This document shows, piece after piece, positions 48,592 to 57,225 of a DNA stretch of 64,000 nt. The translations under genes and the position numbers were made by a program. The notes under the pieces were generated by a model that saw only the letters and a program-made list of their open reading frames with translations, was not told where the DNA came from and did not search any database. The stretch comes from an uncultured Desulfovibrionaceae bacterium (GTDB taxonomy: Bacteria; Desulfobacterota; Desulfovibrionia; Desulfovibrionales; Desulfomicrobiaceae): positions 18,865-82,864 of the forward strand of contig CAZPSN010000005.1 of assembly GCA_964589645.1 (NCBI GenBank), written 5' to 3'. How positions within the stretch are numbered: position 1 is the stretch's first letter; every line of letters begins with the position of its first letter.

Positions 48592-49648
48592 TTTCTTTCA
48601 TGGCCTCAGCCTGATAGTGTTGGACCAGCCCGTCGATAATGTCGTCGATATGCCCGTCCATGGCTTGATCAAGGCTGTAAAGAGTCAGGTTGATTCGGTG
48701 GTCCGTAATCCGCCCCTGAGGATAATTATAGGTTCGAATCCGTTCAGAGCGGTCACCCGAACCAACTTGGGCCTTGCGGTTGTCGTCATAGGCCTTTTTC
48801 GTCTCGTCCTGGGCCGCCTGGAGCAGACGTGAGCGCAACACCTTAAGAGCCTTCGCCTTGTTCTTGTGTTGCGACTTCTCGTCCTGACAGATGACTACAA
48901 GTCCCGTGGCCAAGTGCGTGATGCGAATAGCCGAATCAGTCGTATTGACGGACTGGCCACCTGGCCCCGAAGAACGGAAAACATCGACGCGTATGTCATT
49001 CGGATCAATCTTCACGTCGACTTCCTCGGCCTCAGGCAGAACCGCAACAGTTACCGCGGAAGTATGGATGCGCCCCTGGCTTTCGGTCGCGGGAACTCGT
49101 TGGACCCGATGCGCGCCGGCCTCGAACTTGAGTTTGCTGTACACATTGGTACCGGAAACAGAGGCAACAATTTCCTTGAAGCCGCCAGTCCCCGTGTCGC
49201 TGCTACTGAGCACCTCAACTCGCCAGCCCCGCAATTCAGCATACCGTGAGTACATGCGAAACACGTCAGCCACAAAAAGAGCCGCCTCCTCCCCGCCGGT
49301 CCCGGCCCGAATCTCGAGAATGATGTTCTTCTCGTCCAATGGGTCCTTGGGCGTTAGCAGCTCTTTGAGCAAAACTTCTTGCACCGCGATCTTGGCCCTG
49401 AGAGACACAATCTCGGCTTGGGCCAGTTCACAAATGTCCGGATCCGAATCCCGGGAGAGCTCCTGATTCTCGGTCATTTCTCGCTGTAGCATCTTATACA
49501 GCTCGAATGCCTTGACAATTTCGTCAAGCTCGGCGTGCTTTTTCGCGATCTTCTTGTAGCGGTCCTGATCCTGAAAAATTCCAGGAGTGCTCAGTTCTCG
49601 CTCCAATTCACGATACTTCGCCGCTAGGCCTTCCAACTTGTCAAGCAT
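48587..49648 (-). CDS. prfA: Peptide chain release factor 1
   Basis: HRVQRVPATE (PAT motif), SSGPGGQSVN, IRTYNYPQ. Confidence 0.98.
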   Translation of the reverse strand: MLDKLEGLAAKYRELERELSTPGIFQDQDRYKKIAKKHAELDEIVKAFELYKMLQREMTENQELSRDSDPDICELAQAEIVSLRAKIAVQEVLLKELLTPKDPLDEKNIILEIRAGTGGEEAALFVADVFRMYSRYAELRGWRVEVLSSSDTGTGGFKEIVASVSGTNVYSKLKFEAGAHRVQRVPATESQGRIHTSAVTVAVLPEAEEVDVKIDPNDIRVDVFRSSGPGGQSVNTTDSAIRITHLATGLVVICQDEKSQHKNKAKALKVLRSRLLQAAQDETKKAYDDNRKAQVGSGDRSERIRTYNYPQGRITDHRINLTLYSLDQAMDGHIDDIIDGLVQHYQAEAMKES

Positions 49649-49684
49649 ACTCAGGGCGCTCAGGGCAATCTGTAACCACTGGAA

Positions 49685-49894
49685 TTACTTGCTCAGATTG
49701 GCGTACTTTTTACGGAACCGGTCGATGCGGCCGGCCGAGTCGATGAAACGCTGTTCGCCTGTGAAAAAGGGATGGCAATGGGAACAGATTTCAACGCCCA
49801 ACTGCGCGCCAACAGTGGATTTGGTTACAAACTCATACCCACAGGCACAGCGAACGGCGGTATCAAAAACTTTAGGATGCAAATCTTTCTTCAT
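49685..49894 (-). CDS. rpmE: 50S ribosomal protein L31 (zinc-binding form)
   Basis: [21 protein letters not shown]. Confidence 0.97.
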   Translation of the reverse strand: MKKDLHPKVFDTAVRCACGYEFVTKSTVGAQLGVEICSHCHPFFTGEQRFIDSAGRIDRFRKKYANLSK

Positions 49895-49992
49895 GGGAAA
49901 CCTCCAGTTTCAAAAGAGAGAGGACAACTAAACCAGTCGTAAACGAATGGCAAGTCGAAAATCGAGTTCGTGGCAGGAGAAAAAAGACGGCG

Positions 49993-50637
49993 CTAGGAAA
50001 GGCCCTTGGCTTGATTGATGGATATATTGAACGCAACTGAAAAAATATGGTGCATGAAATCAACGTATTCAATCGATACATTGTCAGGCGCGGAAATCCG
50101 GGCCGGCGCGAAGTTGACAATACCACGGACCCCGGCCTCGACCAGATAATTCGCAGCTCGTTGAGCCCGCTCGGGAGGAGTGGTGATAATGCCGATTTCG
50201 ATGTTGAGTTCGTGGACCTTCTCCTTGAGTCGCCGCGAGCACACGACTTCAAGACCCGCCACTTCCTCGCCAATCTTGAACGGGTCGCAATCAAAGGCCC
50301 CAACCAGAATGAAGCCCCGGCGACGGAAGATGCCGTGGCGCAAGAGGGCTCGCCCCAGATTCCCGACCCCGACCAGGGCCACGTTCCATGTCCGATCTAT
50401 CCCTAACGACTGCTTGATGGCCGTCAACAGATCCTGGACATAGTACCCCACCCCGCGCACACCAAACTCCCCGAAATATGCAAGATCCTTTCGAATCTGC
50501 GACGGATTAACGCCACAAGCCCGAGCCAGTCCATCTGAGGAAATGACCGTGTCGCCATCCTGGAGGAGCGCCTCCAGGACCTGGACATAAACAGCCAATC
50601 GCTGAATCGTGGCACGGGGTATATGGGCGCTTTTCAA
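49993..50637 (-). CDS. rex: Redox-sensing transcriptional repressor Rex
   Basis: IPRATIQRL, QIRKDLAYFGEFGVRGVGY, GVGNLG, NFAP. Confidence 0.96.
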   Translation of the reverse strand: MKSAHIPRATIQRLAVYVQVLEALLQDGDTVISSDGLARACGVNPSQIRKDLAYFGEFGVRGVGYYVQDLLTAIKQSLGIDRTWNVALVGVGNLGRALLRHGIFRRRGFILVGAFDCDPFKIGEEVAGLEVVCSRRLKEKVHELNIEIGIITTPPERAQRAANYLVEAGVRGIVNFAPARISAPDNVSIEYVDFMHHIFSVAFNISINQAKGLS

Positions 50638-50657
50638 GATATCTCCAAACCGAAACT

Positions 50658-50675
50658 TCGTGATCTATTTCACTT
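50658..50675. promoter_or_regulatory. Rex operator upstream of rex
   Basis: TCGTGATCTATTTCACTT has the GTGA-N6-TCAC core of the Rex consensus TTGTGAA-N4-TTCACAA. Confidence 0.7.
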
Positions 50676-50684
50676 TAGAACTGC

Positions 50685-50714
50685 AAAAAAAAGGGGAGGA
50701 CGCGCCTCCCCTTT
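50685..50714 (-). terminator. Intrinsic terminator after atpE
   Basis: GGGGAGG-CGCGT-CCTCCCC followed by T8. Confidence 0.8.
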
Positions 50715-50728
50715 CCGTGATCAAACAA

Positions 50729-51052
50729 TTAGCCAACAAAGGGGTTGGCGAAGAGCAGGATCAGGTTGACGACCAGAGCGTAGATGGCCAGAGATTCGAT
50801 CATGGCCAAGCCGATCAGCATGGTGACGGTGATCTTGCCAGAAGCCTCGGGGTTGCGGGCCGTGCCTTCGCAAGCGGCCTTCAGGCCCAGGCCCTGAGCG
50901 ATACCACAACCGGCGGCGGCGATAGCCATGCCAAGAGCGGCAGCCCAAGAGATGGTGGAGATGACTTCGGGAGCGGCCTCAGCAGCGAAAGCGCAAGAAG
51001 CGACAGCTACCAGAGCGACAGTGGCCAGTACGGACAGAAAACTCTTACCCAT
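50729..51052 (-). CDS. atpE: ATP synthase F0 subunit c with N-terminal leader
   Basis: GGAGG RBS before ATG 51052; [20 protein letters not shown]. Confidence 0.95.
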   Translation of the reverse strand: MGKSFLSVLATVALVAVASCAFAAEAAPEVISTISWAAALGMAIAAAGCGIAQGLGLKAACEGTARNPEASGKITVTMLIGLAMIESLAIYALVVNLILLFANPFVG

Positions 51053-51110
51053 GATACAAAATCCTCCTACACGTATAATGATTAGTGGTCGGTTGACCAT
51101 TTCCCCCGAA

Positions 51111-51815
51111 TTAATGAGCTTCCTCAAACGCGCCCTTCAGATACAGCATGGACAGCATGAAGAAGACAAAAGCCTGGATAACGTCGGCCAGCATGAACAG
51201 AAAATACATCGGAACCGTGGAAACGATCGGGGCCAACATGAACAGAAGGGCCAAAACGATATCTTCACCGCGGATGTTTCCAAAAAGCCGCAAAGACAAC
51301 GACAGCATGCGCGCAAAATGACCGATGACTTCGATCGGAAACATAAGCGGAGCCATCCACAGCATCGGCCCCGTAAAATGATGGATATAGTGTGCGCCGT
51401 GCAGTTTGATGCCCCAATACTGGTAATACACGAAGACGAACACCGCCATGGAAGCAGTCGTGTTGATGTTCGCCGTGGGAGCGTCGTTGCCCGGGAACAA
51501 GCCGCCCAGGTTACACGTCAGGATGTAGATGAAGAGCGTCGCCAAAACGGGAAACACTTTCCGACCGTCCTCGCCCATGTTCGCAACCACGAAGTCTTCC
51601 AGACCGCCGATCAGTAACTCAAAAAAATTCTGCAATCCTCTCGGGACCAGAGCAATCTTCTTTGTGGCCATGACCGCGACGAAAATCAGGATGATCATGA
51701 ATGTCCAGGAGTAGAGGACATTACCTGGTATCAGACTCCCGCCATGCTCATTGACAAGGCCTACGGCCTTGACCGCTTCCTCAACGAGAAAAATTGGATG
51801 TAAACCCCCTGCCAT
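51111..51815 (-). CDS. atpB: ATP synthase F0 subunit a
   Basis: [27 protein letters not shown]. Confidence 0.96.
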   Translation of the reverse strand: MAGGLHPIFLVEEAVKAVGLVNEHGGSLIPGNVLYSWTFMIILIFVAVMATKKIALVPRGLQNFFELLIGGLEDFVVANMGEDGRKVFPVLATLFIYILTCNLGGLFPGNDAPTANINTTASMAVFVFVYYQYWGIKLHGAHYIHHFTGPMLWMAPLMFPIEVIGHFARMLSLSLRLFGNIRGEDIVLALLFMLAPIVSTVPMYFLFMLADVIQAFVFFMLSMLYLKGAFEEAH

Positions 51816-51818
51816 GTG

Positions 51819-52235
51819 TTATGCCTCCTTAGAAGTTTTCCCCAAAACTTGTATCATTCCCCAAAGCAAAATATTGATCAAGACGGTGGAGAATCCCATC
51901 AGCAACCACGTTGCCGAGGATCCGTGCATCACAACCAGCGCATAGAACGCAACGGCCGTAAGCGCGAGCCGCCCGTAAAAACTGAACATTTGAACCGCGA
52001 CAGCGCCCTTTTGCACATACACGAGTTCCTGGATCACCCGGCCCAGAGCCAGAAAGTTGAGGGTTCCCAACAACACGCCGGCCGCAAAATCCACTCCGCG
52101 AGGCCCACAGACCAGGGCCAGAAGTGCGCACAAAAGAAAACAGACCTGTTGCGCCGCCATCTTGCGCACCTCGGGGACGTGAAACCCCCGCCCATACAAC
52201 GTCCGTTCAATTCGCTTGGTCATCGTCCGGAGCAT
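51819..52235 (-). CDS. atpI: ATP synthase subunit I
   Basis: Four hydrophobic segments, directly upstream of atpB. Start is 52235 or 52223. Confidence 0.8.
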   Translation of the reverse strand: MLRTMTKRIERTLYGRGFHVPEVRKMAAQQVCFLLCALLALVCGPRGVDFAAGVLLGTLNFLALGRVIQELVYVQKGAVAVQMFSFYGRLALTAVAFYALVVMHGSSATWLLMGFSTVLINILLWGMIQVLGKTSKEA

Positions 52236-52470
52236 CCGCTTCCGCCTCTTTTTTCTGAATGCGCTGCATTTCCCGAAACATGTTTTTATAACCGGCAAGG
52301 ATGCCGAGAATCAGAAAAATCAGCATCAGCCATGGCTTGGTGCCAAAGAACTTGTCCAGGTAAAACCCCATCACCATGCCCACGATCACTCCGGACACGA
52401 GATGGATACCCATCATGGATGCAAGGCCCAATGATTGAAAATGTTTGTTTTTTTTTCTGCTAAAAAACAT
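52207..52470 (-). CDS. AtpZ/AtpI-family small membrane protein
   Basis: GFYLDKFFGTKPW motif between two TM helices; first gene of the F0 operon. Confidence 0.85.
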   Translation of the reverse strand: MFFSRKKNKHFQSLGLASMMGIHLVSGVIVGMVMGFYLDKFFGTKPWLMLIFLILGILAGYKNMFREMQRIQKKEAEADAPDDDQAN

Positions 52471-52505
52471 CGGGCCAACTTGGGTGGGCCAGCTGGCCCA
52501 TTCAT

Positions 52506-52523
52506 TCGTGCAATAAATCACAA
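52506..52523. promoter_or_regulatory. Rex operator upstream of the F0 operon
   Basis: Minus strand TTGTGATTTATTGCACGA, a close match to TTGTGAA-N4-TTCACAA. Confidence 0.72.
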
Positions 52524-52735
52524 ATCGAAGTCGGGGCTACCATACGCCCCAACTTCGCGTCAATCAAAGATTTCACCAAAACAGATTTCTTCGACCAAAA
52601 CCGCCGTGCCTTAACCTTGCAACAGCCCTCCGCATCGGGCGCAATCCCTGGACCGCTTGCCAGCCGCACCCAATCGAACTATGCCCGACTCGGAAATCAA
52701 CAACACGGGCCGCCAAGCTGGCCTCTCGAGCACCC

Positions 52736-55174
52736 ATGAAAAATCATTCCTCCCTCAAGATACGTCATCTCACCATTGAACCGAATCCGCGCAAGGTCCT
52801 GCGCAGTTCGGACATCCGCGATGAATCCAACCCCATTTGCCTGTTCCAGCCCCGGGCACGGAAGGCCCTGGAAATGGGGCTTTCTATCGCTAGCATGGAA
52901 TACCACGTCTATGTCGCAGGCGAGCCCGGACTTGGCCGCACCTATCTCGTCGAAAACTTCCTGCTGCCCCGCGCCAGGAGCGGCATCACGCCACCGGACT
53001 TGGTTTACCTGAACAATTTCGACAACCCGGACAAGCCCGTCCTGGTCAGCCTGCCCGCCGGGCAGGGCCGGATTCTCAAAGACAATCTCCAGCGCGTCGT
53101 GAAGCGCCTGCGCCGCGATCTGCCTCGTCACTTCGAGCAGGCCAGCTACGTGCGACTTCAGAACAAACTGTTCACCAAGCTGGCGGTCACCCGCGACGAC
53201 CTCATGGACAGGATGGAGCAGGTTGCCCAAAAAAAAGGGTTTAGTCTGAACATTGACGATAGCGGCTCCGTGTCTCTGACCCCCTTGGTGGACGGCAAAG
53301 TCCTCACCTCGGAAGAATTTGAACGACTTGAAAATACACATAAAAAAGTGCTCAAGGATCAAAGCAGCGCGGTACTCAACACCATCGCCGATCTTTCACG
53401 ACTGGTCTCCAAAAGTGAGCAGGAATTCCGCACCAAAGAGGTCATGCTCGCACAGGAGCATGCCGCGGGGCTTGTCGACCGCGTACTTGCGCCGATCCGC
53501 AAGAAGTTTGCCGTAAGCAAAGTACTGAAATCCTATTTTGATGCACTCAAAGAGGACATTCTCGAAAACCTCGCACATTACCAGGGACGCCAGGAGCGCG
53601 AGCAACGCAACACGCCCGACAATCAGCCCGAAGGCCTCTCTGACTCTTTTTTCCAGCGCTATGACGTCAACCTTTTTGTAGACAATTCAGACGTGACCGG
53701 CGCGCCAGTGGTCAAGGAAGTCAACCCCGGCTTCTTCAACCTGCTTGGCTGCGTGGAACGCGAGACGGAGTGGGGCACCTATTATACGGATTTTTCCCTG
53801 ATAAAGGCCGGAGCCGTGCACCGCGCAAACGGAGGATTTCTTATCCTGCGCGTGGATGATCTGCTCGGCCATCCAGCTGCCTGGGAAGGGCTGCTGCGCT
53901 GTCTGCGCAGCAGGCATTCGAGCCTGGATGACCCGACTGACCACTATGACATCCTGCGCACCAGAACCATTCGACCAGATCCCATCGCGCTCGACCTCAA
54001 GGTTATCCTCATTGGCGACGACGAGACTTATGAGCTCTTGTATATGCACGACGAGCGATTCCGGAAAATCTTCAAACTCAAGGCCCACATCCAGGATACC
54101 GTCGAACGCACGACCCAGTCCATCACCGGGTACGCCCAGGCTTTGGACCGCGCGGCCCGCGAGAGTGGCCTGCGCAGCCTGACCAAGGACGCCTACGCCG
54201 AACTCGTGGATTACTCCACCCGCATGGCCGAGGATCGTGAACGTCTGTCCCTGCACTTCTCGCACTTGCGAGAAATCATGATCGAATCCAGCGCTATCGC
54301 GACCAGTCAAGACAAGCGGACCATTGACGCCGGCATCGTCAAGACCGCCCTGGCCGAGCGTGAATACAGAACCAACCTGTACCAGGAGGAGTTTTTGCGC
54401 GAGTATGACCGCAGATCCATCAAGGTCCGCACCCAGGGCCAGGGGGTCGGCGTGGCCAACGGCCTGTCCGTTACGCAGGTCGGAGACTACGTCATGGGTC
54501 TGCCCCACCAAATATCCTGCACCGTCGGAGTCGGGCACGGTGGCATCATGGATCTGGAGCGGGAAGCCGAGCTGGGCGGCCCAATCCATACCAAAGGGAT
54601 GATGATCCTGAAGAGCTACTTTGTGAATCTTTTTGCGCGCAACAAGCCGCTGGTGCTGACCGGCAGCCTATGTTTCGAGCAGAGCTACGCCCAGGTCGAC
54701 GGGGATTCGGCCTCCGGCGCAGAGTTGGCGGCCCTCTTGTCCGCCCTTTCCAACGTGCCGATTCGCCTTGACCTGGCCTTCACCGGAGCCATTTCCCAAT
54801 CCGGAGCCATCATGGCTGTTGGTGGCGTCACCCACAAAGTAGAAGGTTTTTTTGAGGTCTGTCGCAGAAGGGGTCTCACCGGCCGCCAGGGCGTGCTTCT
54901 GCCGCGGGATAATATCGTGCACTTGGTACTGCGCGACAATGTGCTGCAGGCGATCAAGGATGGGCAATTCCATATTCATCCCGTGAGCACCATCGAGGAA
55001 GCCATGGAGATTCTGACCGGAATGCGGGCCGGCGAACGACTTAAGGATGGCCGTTTTTCGTCAAAATCCATCTATGCCGCCGTGGATGAACGACTGTCGG
55101 AACTTGCCGTTTTGGCCGACAAGAAATGCACGATGCCCCGACGTAAGAAGGATGCAAAAAAGCCCGGATCCTGA
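52736..55174 (+). CDS. Lon-like protease (LonC/YcbZ-type AAA-like plus S16 domain)
   Basis: Degenerate Walker A GEPGLGRT, GAVHRANGG, FEQSY..VDGDSAS (catalytic Ser), VGGVTHKVEGFF (catalytic Lys). Confidence 0.9.
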   Translation: MKNHSSLKIRHLTIEPNPRKVLRSSDIRDESNPICLFQPRARKALEMGLSIASMEYHVYVAGEPGLGRTYLVENFLLPRARSGITPPDLVYLNNFDNPDKPVLVSLPAGQGRILKDNLQRVVKRLRRDLPRHFEQASYVRLQNKLFTKLAVTRDDLMDRMEQVAQKKGFSLNIDDSGSVSLTPLVDGKVLTSEEFERLENTHKKVLKDQSSAVLNTIADLSRLVSKSEQEFRTKEVMLAQEHAAGLVDRVLAPIRKKFAVSKVLKSYFDALKEDILENLAHYQGRQEREQRNTPDNQPEGLSDSFFQRYDVNLFVDNSDVTGAPVVKEVNPGFFNLLGCVERETEWGTYYTDFSLIKAGAVHRANGGFLILRVDDLLGHPAAWEGLLRCLRSRHSSLDDPTDHYDILRTRTIRPDPIALDLKVILIGDDETYELLYMHDERFRKIFKLKAHIQDTVERTTQSITGYAQALDRAARESGLRSLTKDAYAELVDYSTRMAEDRERLSLHFSHLREIMIESSAIATSQDKRTIDAGIVKTALAEREYRTNLYQEEFLREYDRRSIKVRTQGQGVGVANGLSVTQVGDYVMGLPHQISCTVGVGHGGIMDLEREAELGGPIHTKGMMILKSYFVNLFARNKPLVLTGSLCFEQSYAQVDGDSASGAELAALLSALSNVPIRLDLAFTGAISQSGAIMAVGGVTHKVEGFFEVCRRRGLTGRQGVLLPRDNIVHLVLRDNVLQAIKDGQFHIHPVSTIEEAMEILTGMRAGERLKDGRFSSKSIYAAVDERLSELAVLADKKCTMPRRKKDAKKPGS

Positions 55175-55229
55175 CCGGAACCGGGCTGAAAACATGTCGC
55201 GGACACGACGCTTCCGCCTTCTTGACTGA

Positions 55230-56537
55230 TCAGCGCGGGAGCAATCCAGGATTTTTCTCTCCCATGCTGCCAAACAGACCGGCCGCCGCCCGCTCATAAG
55301 CCGAGAGGGCCCCGTTGAGGCTGGCTTCAGCCTGGGTCTGCGCGGCCTGCGCATTCAGTACGTCCGTATTCGTGCCGACCTGTGCTTCGTACCTAGCCAC
55401 AGCCATGCGATAGCTCTCTTTGGCAGCCACAAGCCCCTGCTTGGCCGCGGCAATCCGTTTTTCAGCCTCTTGAATCTGTAAAAAATTCTTTTTCACTTCG
55501 AACGAGGCCTCGTTCTCCAGATTCTGATATTCTTGAGCCAGACGAGACACATTCTTCCGCGCCCTTTTCTCACCAAAATACGTCTTTCCCCACTCGAAAA
55601 ATGTCCACTTCATGCCAACCTGAGCGCTCCAATCACTGGGGGTGTGATACCGTCCGCCTTGAACAAACGCGTCTTCGCCTTCACGAACATAATTGAAGTC
55701 CGCTCCGACTTGCGGGTAGTACGGCACTGCGGCCAGAACCACATCCTTTTCGGCAACCATCACTGTCTGGCGGGCAATGCGCAGGTCTGGACGATTCTGC
55801 AACGCCCGCTGCAAACAATCCTCCAGGGTCAACGACAACGGAAAATACTCCAGGGCACCCACATATTCAACGTCTGCCCCCACATTCATACCGATGAGAG
55901 TATTGAGTTGCGCGGCAAATGTGTCCACGCTGTTCTTTGCGGCGAGCAGGAACTGCTCGGCCGTGGCCACATCCACTTCAGCTTGAAGCATGTCGAGTTT
56001 GGGACGCAGCCCAACGTCATAAAAAGCGGAATTGACTTTCAACTGAGAACGCAGACGAACCAGCGAGTCTTCCGCGGATCGCACATTCTCGCGGGCTTGC
56101 AACAGCTGCAAAAACACATCCTGAATGGCGATGGTCAATTGCAGTTCAGCGTTGTCAATCTGCGATGCGGCCTGTTCTTTCTCCAGCAGGGCCTTCTCAT
56201 GGCTGGTCAGCAGATTGAACCCGGTGAAAAGCGGCTGATGCACATTGAAACTCAATTCCCAATTGTCCCGAGTGCCTGCGTTCTGTCCAAAAGCCTGCGG
56301 ACGTTCGTCCAGACGGACATAGCCATATTGGGTACTCACAGCCGGACCAAAAGCAGCCTTGGCCGCCTTGACCGCGTAATCCGATGCCACAAGCGCCTCC
56401 CGCGCGGCAAGAATGGACGGATTGGATCGGAGCCCAGCTTCCACCGCATCCTTCATGGTCAGCGTCTCCGCCGCCAAGCCCGAACAGGCCCCAAAAAAGA
56501 AAATGAATCCGGCCACGACAATTCGCGATATGTTCAT
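55230..56537 (-). CDS. TolC-family outer membrane efflux protein
   Basis: Signal peptide and two OEP repeats (QPLFTG, YDVG...DMLQA, RYEAQVGTNTDVL); GGAG RBS before ATG 56537. Confidence 0.9.
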   Translation of the reverse strand: MNISRIVVAGFIFFFGACSGLAAETLTMKDAVEAGLRSNPSILAAREALVASDYAVKAAKAAFGPAVSTQYGYVRLDERPQAFGQNAGTRDNWELSFNVHQPLFTGFNLLTSHEKALLEKEQAASQIDNAELQLTIAIQDVFLQLLQARENVRSAEDSLVRLRSQLKVNSAFYDVGLRPKLDMLQAEVDVATAEQFLLAAKNSVDTFAAQLNTLIGMNVGADVEYVGALEYFPLSLTLEDCLQRALQNRPDLRIARQTVMVAEKDVVLAAVPYYPQVGADFNYVREGEDAFVQGGRYHTPSDWSAQVGMKWTFFEWGKTYFGEKRARKNVSRLAQEYQNLENEASFEVKKNFLQIQEAEKRIAAAKQGLVAAKESYRMAVARYEAQVGTNTDVLNAQAAQTQAEASLNGALSAYERAAAGLFGSMGEKNPGLLPR

Positions 56538-56661
56538 AATGATTTGCTCCATGATCATGGGTATGGGGAAGCGAACGATCAACCAGCCTTGTTTACTCCC
56601 CTCCGAGCCAAAAGGCCACCCCTACGCGGATGTCCAGCCCCGGGGGTGCGTGGAAAAGAGC

Positions 56662-56690
56662 TTGAAGTCAAGACAGTACTACCCTATAGT
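56662..56690 (+). promoter_or_regulatory. Putative sigma70 promoter for the small ORF and tRNA-Arg
   Basis: TTGAAG-N17-TATAGT. Confidence 0.55.
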
Positions 56691-56725
56691 TATTGACAAG
56701 ATCATCAACCACGAGGAGGCATCCC

Positions 56726-56824
56726 ATGTTCTCTGGTCTCATTCTCGGCCTTGGCTTGAGCATTATTGGCCTGATCGTGTTCTTTTTGCATAAAGAACAC
56801 GGCCCCGATAAGCATCATCACTAA
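56726..56824 (+). CDS. Unannotated 32-aa single-TM peptide with His-rich C-terminus
   Basis: GAGGAGG RBS 6 nt before the ATG; reads MFSGLILGLGLSIIGLIVFFLHKEHGPDKHHH then stop. Confidence 0.7.
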   Translation: MFSGLILGLGLSIIGLIVFFLHKEHGPDKHHH

Positions 56825-56833
56825 TCCTCAACT

Positions 56834-56910
56834 CCGCCCTTAGCTCAGCTGGATAGAGTAGCGGACTTCGAATCCGTTGGTCGCATGTTCGAATCATGCA
56901 GGGCGGGCCA
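56834..56910 (+). tRNA. tRNA-Arg (TCG)
   Basis: CCGCCCT/AGGGCGG acceptor stem, D-arm AGCTCAGCTGGATAGAG, anticodon loop CTTCGAA, GTTCGAATC, GCCA end. Confidence 0.93.
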
Positions 56911-57040
56911 GGGAACCCTCGACGGCCTCCCGTGCGTACAGTGCACAGCCATGGGCCGTGAACATGCCTTTCGCATGGCGAAAAAATTCCCTCTTGCGTT
57001 CGTGGGGAGCTTTGCATAAAAACACGGCTCGTTACGAGTT

Positions 57041-57116
57041 GCCGGGGTAGCTCAGTCGGTAGAGCAGGGGACTGAAAATCCCCGTGTCGGCAGTTCAACT
57101 CTGTCCCCCGGCACCA
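57041..57116 (+). tRNA. tRNA-Phe (GAA)
   Basis: GCCGGGG/CCCCGGC acceptor stem, loop CTGAAAA, ACCA end; 76 nt. Confidence 0.96.
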
Positions 57117-57124
57117 GAGAAGCC

Positions 57125-57158
57125 AAGGGCTTACGAATTAATTCGTAAGCCCTTTTTT
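57125..57158 (+). terminator. Terminator after tRNA-Phe (may be bidirectional)
   Basis: Perfect palindrome AAGGGCTTACGAAT-TA-ATTCGTAAGCCCTT followed by a T-run. Confidence 0.85.
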
Positions 57159-57225
57159 CTTTCCGGCTCGGTTTTGTCCCTATCCGACCCATCCTTTTGG
57201 AGATTGGCGGCCGCTCCGCCAACGG

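Noticed and set aside
56585..56660. GC-rich, possibly structured leader upstream of tolC as a riboswitch or ncRNA
   Set aside because: I could not match it to any RNA family I know; an Rfam/Infernal scan would be needed.
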